From: an uncultured Acidobacteriota bacterium | Lineage (GTDB): Bacteria > Acidobacteriota > Vicinamibacteria > Fen-336 | Length of the DNA stretch: 64,000 nt | Direction of reading: 5' to 3' | Assembly: GCA_963720545.1 (NCBI GenBank) | Contig: OY970399.1 | Coordinates: 2,080,001 to 2,144,000, forward strand | Shown here: piece after piece, positions 59,145 through 64,000 of the stretch | Layout: each line of letters opens with the position of its first letter | Numbering within the stretch: position 1 is the first letter of the stretch | Translations under genes and position numbers: made by a program | Notes under the pieces: model-generated | What the model saw: the letters and a program-made list of their open reading frames with translations, nothing else | Told to the model about the DNA's origin: nothing | Database searches by the model: none

Positions 59145-60259
59145 GCGGCACCTTCGCCATTCCGTTCGTCGACCTGCACCCGCAGGTGGCGTCGCTGCGG
59201 CCAGCGATCGACGCCGCGATCGCACGCGTGCTCGATTCGGGCTGGTTCATCCTCGGCCCCGAGGTTGCGGCTTTCGAGAAGGAGCTGGCGGCGGCGCTCG
59301 GCGCCAGCCACGCGGTAGCGGTGGCAAACGGCACCGACGCGATCCAGCTGGCGCTCGAGGCGAAGGGCATCGGGCCGGGCGACGAGGTCATCACCTCGAC
59401 ACTGACCGCCGCCTTCACCGGCCTCGCGATCCTGCGCACCGGTGCCACGCCGGTGTTCGCCGACGTCGACGCGGCGACCCTCAACCTCGACACCGGGTCG
59501 GTCGCCGATCGCATCACCGCCGCAACCAAGGCCCTGGTACCGGTGCACCTTTACGGCCATCCCGTGGAGCTCGACCCGGTGCTCTCGCTCGTGGCGCAGT
59601 ACGGTCTGGTCGTGGTCGAGGATGCGTGCCAGGCGCACGGCGCCCGCTACGAGGGCCAAACCGTCGGCACCATCGCGAGCCTCGGCGCCTTGTCCTTCTA
59701 TCCGACCAAGAACCTCGGCGCGTTCGGCGACGGCGGCGCGGTGCTGGCCGCCGATGCGGACGACGCGGCGCGGCTGCGACAACTGCGAAATGGCGGACAG
59801 AAAGACCGCTACAGCCACGACCTTTCCGGCATCAACAGCCGCCTCGACGAGATGCAGGCGGCGATCCTGCGCGCCAAGCTCGGACACCTCGACGCCTGGA
59901 ACGAACGGCGGCGGCAGCTGGCGGCGCTCTACAACGAGGAGCTGCGCGGCGCTTCGGTGGTGCTGCAACACGAGCAGCCATACGCGCGCGCCGTGAACCA
60001 TCTCTACGTCATCCGGCACAAGCGCCGCGACGCTCTGGTGACGGCGCTCGCCGCCGAAGGCATCCAGGCGCTCATCCACTATCCGGTCCCGCTGCACCTG
60101 CAAGGCGCTTTCCGCCACCTTGGCGGCAAGCCTGGCGACAGCCCGGTGGCTGAGCAAGCCTGCGGCGAGATCCTGTCGCTGCCGCTCTATCCGGAGCTTG
60201 GCGACGCGCAGGTACGCCAGGTCGCGGCCGCGGTCAAACGCCTGGCCGAACGGGTGTGA
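59141..60259 (+). CDS. DegT/DnrJ/EryC1/StrS aminotransferase
   Basis: NGTDA, PVHLYG, EDACQAHG, SFYPTKNLG, NSRLDE. Confidence 0.95.
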   Translation: MSGTFAIPFVDLHPQVASLRPAIDAAIARVLDSGWFILGPEVAAFEKELAAALGASHAVAVANGTDAIQLALEAKGIGPGDEVITSTLTAAFTGLAILRTGATPVFADVDAATLNLDTGSVADRITAATKALVPVHLYGHPVELDPVLSLVAQYGLVVVEDACQAHGARYEGQTVGTIASLGALSFYPTKNLGAFGDGGAVLAADADDAARLRQLRNGGQKDRYSHDLSGINSRLDEMQAAILRAKLGHLDAWNERRRQLAALYNEELRGASVVLQHEQPYARAVNHLYVIRHKRRDALVTALAAEGIQALIHYPVPLHLQGAFRHLGGKPGDSPVAEQACGEILSLPLYPELGDAQVRQVAAAVKRLAERV

Positions 60260-62862
60260 ACCTCGTCGACCCGGCCGCCGCGATCCTCGCCGCGCTGGTC
60301 CTGTTCCTCGCTCCCGGCATCCTGTTCCTCGCCTGGCTCGAGCCCGCCGACAAGGCGGACATGGAACCGTGCGAACGCCTGTTCCTCGCCGCCGCCGCCG
60401 GCGCCTGCGCCGCGGCGTGGAGCGCGCTGCTGTTCGCGGAGCTAGGGATTTTTTCGCTGCCGCGCTGCGCGGCTGCCGTCGGCGCCGCCTGCCTTGCCGG
60501 CGCCTTGCTGGCAAGGCGCCTGCTCAGTTCGCCGTGGCGTGGGGCGCGCGCGTCGCGCGTGTCGGCGCTCGCGATAGCGCTGCTGGCGCTCGCCTTCGGC
60601 CTGCAGGCGCGGCCGTCGGAATACCTTTTCGGCGGCCGCGATCCCGGCACCTACATCGCCGCGATGGGCCAGATAGCGAGGACCGGCGCCATCGCGTACG
60701 TGGACCCGGTGGTGCTCGCCATCCCCGCGCAGGACCGCAGCCTCTTCTTCCGCGGCCCCGGCAGCGGGGAGTTCTCGTCGGCGCGCTTCATGGGGTTTCC
60801 GCTGCAGAGCCCGGAGACGGCGCGGGTCTTTCCGGAGTTCTTCCACCTGTTCCCGGCGTTCGGCGCTTATCTCTTCCAGGCGATGGGGGTGCGCGGCGCG
60901 CTCGCGACCCCGGCGGTCTTCGGCATCCTCGGCACGCTCGCGTTCTTCTTCGCGCTGCGGCGCATCTTCGACGCCGCGGTGGCGGCGCTCGCCACCGCGC
61001 TGCTCGCTCTCTCCGTCATCGAGGTGTGGTTCGCGCGCTACCCGGTGTCGGAAACGCTGTCGCAGTTCCTGATCTTCCTCGGCCTCTTGTGCGTGGCGCG
61101 CTGGGAAGAGCGGGGCGCGGCGCCGTTCGGCTTCCTCGCCGGTGCCTCGCTCGGCCTGTCGCTGCTGGTGCGCATCGACAGCGTCCTGATCGTGCTGCCG
61201 CTCGCCTTGTACGTCGTGATCCGCAAGGCGCACCGCGACCTCGACGGGCGCACCAGCCTCTCGCTGCTGCTGCCGTTCGCGGCGCTGGCGCTGCACGCAG
61301 CCCTTCACGGCATGCTGTTCTCGCGCAAGTACGTCCTCAACATCGCCTCGCGCCCCTACTGGCAGCTGCCGCTCTTCGTGTGGTTGGTGCTCGGAGCCCT
61401 GGGCGCCGCTGGCGCGTGGGCGGCGTTTCGTTTCGGCCCGCAGCTGGTGCGCCTTCTCGAAGAGCATGGCCGCGCGCTGCGCCGCACGGCGAGCGTGGTG
61501 TTCGGCGTACTCGCGCTGTACGCCTATGCGGTCCGGCCGCAGTTGTCCGCGTGGGCGCTGGCCGACGGCAACCCGTGGCCGCAACCGATCACGATGCTGC
61601 CGCCGCTGGCGCTTTGGTTCCTCGGCGGCCTCGGCTTCCACCGCCTCGCGGCGCACGACGCGCAGTCTTTCTACCGGCTCGGCTGGTTCCTCTCGCCGCT
61701 GGTGCTGGCGCTCGCCACCTGCGGGCTGCTGCTGCTCTGTCACCGCTTCGCCAGGCGGCAGCTGCTGTTCACGCTGCTCTCGGTGTCTTTTGCGCTCTTC
61801 TACTTCTACAAGATGCGCATCTGGAACGACTACTACTTCGCGCTGCGGCGCTTCGTGCCGGTGATCGCACCGGCGGCGTGCGCCTTCGCGGCCTACGCGC
61901 TCCTGAGCCTCTACCGCGAGCGCCGCCACTGGCGCATCCCGGCGGCGGTGCTCGCCGCGCTGTCGCTGTGGCTGGTGGGCCGGGAGATGGCGCCGATCGC
62001 GCGCTTCGTGGACTGGCGCAACTCGGTGCGCTTCACCGACGAGGTCGCGCGGCGCTTTTCGAAGGACGACGTCGTGGTGTTCGAGCAGCGTGCCAGCATC
62101 CACCTGCTGTCGCTGCCGCTCTGGGCGATCCACGGCATGAACGTCCTCGAGCTGGCGCGCTTCAACCCGGATCCTGCGCAGCTCGACCACCTGATCGCGG
62201 CGTGGCGCGGCGGCTCCACCTACCGCAACATCTACTTCGTGAAGACCTATCGCACCAGCCTCTGCGGCGTGTTCCTGCAGGATGCCGGCACCTATTCCTT
62301 CGGCACGCTCGAGTGGGAGCGCGCCGAGGGGCGCAAGCCGCAAAAGGCCGAGCCGCGCGCGTTGCGCTTCACCGTGCAGCGGGTGGTGGCGCCGGGCGAG
62401 CTCAACGTGCCCGCCCTCGACAGCATCGACATCGGCGGCTCCGACGATTTCCAGGTGTCGGGCTTCTTCAACAAGGAGCTGGCCGAGGGCAGCCGCTCCT
62501 ACCGCTGGACCGGCGCCTGCGCCACCGTGTACGCGCCGGGGATGCGCGCCGGCGGCACGGTCACGATCACCGCCACCGGCGACAAGCGGCCGCCGGCGCG
62601 CGCGGCGCGGGTTTACGTGTCGGTGGGCGGCAAGCCGCTCGGCGACTTCGCTGCCGCCCCCGGCTGGGGCGAGCACAGCTTCACCGTGCCACAGGATCTC
62701 GGCGCGGGCGCGCCGCTCCTGCGGCTCGACGTGCGCGACCCGCGCGGACGCGACGGCACCTTCCGTCCCGAGAACGTGCTCGCGGGTTCGCAGGACGATC
62801 GCGACCTCGGCATCGCCGTGGACCGCATCCGCTTCACGGCTGCTACCATCGGCCAAAAATGA
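60256..62862 (+). CDS. GT-C fold membrane glycosyltransferase (GT39/83-like) with periplasmic C-terminal domain
   Basis: GGRDPGTY, FHLFP, WFARYPVSE, many TMs, RRFVP, YRWTG. Confidence 0.8.
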   Translation: MNLVDPAAAILAALVLFLAPGILFLAWLEPADKADMEPCERLFLAAAAGACAAAWSALLFAELGIFSLPRCAAAVGAACLAGALLARRLLSSPWRGARASRVSALAIALLALAFGLQARPSEYLFGGRDPGTYIAAMGQIARTGAIAYVDPVVLAIPAQDRSLFFRGPGSGEFSSARFMGFPLQSPETARVFPEFFHLFPAFGAYLFQAMGVRGALATPAVFGILGTLAFFFALRRIFDAAVAALATALLALSVIEVWFARYPVSETLSQFLIFLGLLCVARWEERGAAPFGFLAGASLGLSLLVRIDSVLIVLPLALYVVIRKAHRDLDGRTSLSLLLPFAALALHAALHGMLFSRKYVLNIASRPYWQLPLFVWLVLGALGAAGAWAAFRFGPQLVRLLEEHGRALRRTASVVFGVLALYAYAVRPQLSAWALADGNPWPQPITMLPPLALWFLGGLGFHRLAAHDAQSFYRLGWFLSPLVLALATCGLLLLCHRFARRQLLFTLLSVSFALFYFYKMRIWNDYYFALRRFVPVIAPAACAFAAYALLSLYRERRHWRIPAAVLAALSLWLVGREMAPIARFVDWRNSVRFTDEVARRFSKDDVVVFEQRASIHLLSLPLWAIHGMNVLELARFNPDPAQLDHLIAAWRGGSTYRNIYFVKTYRTSLCGVFLQDAGTYSFGTLEWERAEGRKPQKAEPRALRFTVQRVVAPGELNVPALDSIDIGGSDDFQVSGFFNKELAEGSRSYRWTGACATVYAPGMRAGGTVTITATGDKRPPARAARVYVSVGGKPLGDFAAAPGWGEHSFTVPQDLGAGAPLLRLDVRDPRGRDGTFRPENVLAGSQDDRDLGIAVDRIRFTAATIGQK

Positions 62863-64000
62863 AGGTGCTGATGGTGACGTCGTCCTATCCGAAATTCCGC
62901 GGCGACGTCACCGCGCCGTTCATCGAGAGCATCGCGCTCGGTGCGGTGGCGCGCGGCCATGCGGTGGACATGGTGCTGCCGTTCCACCCCGACCTGCGGC
63001 GCGAGGCCGACGACCCGGTGCGCTTCTTCCCCTACAAGTACGCGCCGACCCGCGGCCTCAACATCTGGGGCTACGCGCAGAGCCTCGAAGCCGACGTAAA
63101 GCTGAAGAAGAGCGTCTACCTGCTGGCGCCGGTGGTGGCGCGGGCGCTGCGCAAGACGGTCGGCGCGCGACTGAGCGCAGAACGCTACGACGTGGTGCAC
63201 CACCACTGGGTCATCCCGAACGCCGGGCTCGTCGCCGACCTGGTCGAAGCGCGCGGCGTGCCGCAGATCGTGAGCCTGCACGGCAGCGACGTTGCGATCG
63301 CCGAGCGCTTCGCGCCGGCGCGCGCGCTCGCGAAGTCGGCGCTGCGCAGCGCCGGTGCCATAACCGGCTGCAGTGGCGACCTGACGCGCCGCGCCATCGC
63401 CCTCGGCGCGCCCGCCAACCGCAGCCGCACCATTCCATACGGCGTCGACACCGAGGCGTTCTCGCCCGAGCGCGGCGCCGCGGCCGCGTGGAAGGAACGT
63501 TTGCGGCTGCCCCGCGCCACGTTGCTGGTGCTGGCCGTCGGCCGCCTGGTCGAGAAGAAAGGCTTCCGCCACCTCGTCGATGCCGCCGCGCGCACCCGCG
63601 GCATCTACGTCGCGATCGCCGGCGACGGCGACCTGCGCGGAGCATTGCAGCGCCAGATCGACGCGACCGGAGCGCCGGTGAAACTGCTCGGCGCGCTGCA
63701 GCGCGAAACCCTCGCCGGGGCGATGGCGAGCGCCGACGTCGTGGCGGTGCCATCGGTCGTCGATCGCTCCGGCAATGTGGACGGCCTGCCGAACACGCTG
63801 CTCGAGGCCCTGGCCTGCGGACGCGCCGTGATCGCGTCGCGGGTCGCGGGCATCCCCGACACCGTGGACGACGGCCGCACCGCCCTCCTGGTCGAGCCGG
63901 GCGATCCACTGGCGCTTTCCGTGGCGCTCGCCCGGCTGCGCGACCATCCCGAGGAACGCCGCGTGCTTGGCTCCGCCGCACGCTCGCTCGCCACGTCGAA
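62859..64000 (+). CDS. GT4 glycosyltransferase (3' truncated)
   Basis: MKVLMVTSSYP, SLHGSD, IPYGVD, GRLVEKKG, DGLPNTLLEALACG. Confidence 0.92.
   Translation, partial: MKVLMVTSSYPKFRGDVTAPFIESIALGAVARGHAVDMVLPFHPDLRREADDPVRFFPYKYAPTRGLNIWGYAQSLEADVKLKKSVYLLAPVVARALRKTVGARLSAERYDVVHHHWVIPNAGLVADLVEARGVPQIVSLHGSDVAIAERFAPARALAKSALRSAGAITGCSGDLTRRAIALGAPANRSRTIPYGVDTEAFSPERGAAAAWKERLRLPRATLLVLAVGRLVEKKGFRHLVDAAARTRGIYVAIAGDGDLRGALQRQIDATGAPVKLLGALQRETLAGAMASADVVAVPSVVDRSGNVDGLPNTLLEALACGRAVIASRVAGIPDTVDDGRTALLVEPGDPLALSVALARLRDHPEERRVLGSAARSLATS

Overview
High-GC bacterial chromosomal window. Gene content (Oar-like TonB receptor, tonB-exbB-exbD-exbD, HEAT-cyclophilin, many secreted peptidases) suggests Acidobacteriota, possibly Vicinamibacteria-like; this is inference. 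It is mostly core and envelope genes: serS, galU, polA, pepA, tgt-yajC-secD-secF, ychF, a split pnt locus, two tRNA-Ser genes and a cell-surface glycosylation cluster (53.1-64 kb). I found no integrase, transposase, CRISPR array or phage genes. The most striking unannotated signal is a stand-alone unit at 47.07-47.50 kb: a sigma70 promoter, two tandem 17-aa Lys/Ala micro-ORFs (MAAKKKAAKKKATKKKK and MAAKKKAAKKKATKKKR) that differ almost only at synonymous sites, each with its own RBS, and a terminator. Also notable: a dispersed family of modular palindromic repeats with compensatory changes (8.0-8.3, 15.5, 38.5-39.3 kb), pervasive -10 boxes directly before start codons, a likely CTG start, an SD-sequestering hairpin, and three single-base frameshifts that are probably sequencing errors. 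All product calls come from motif recognition by eye, not database searches.
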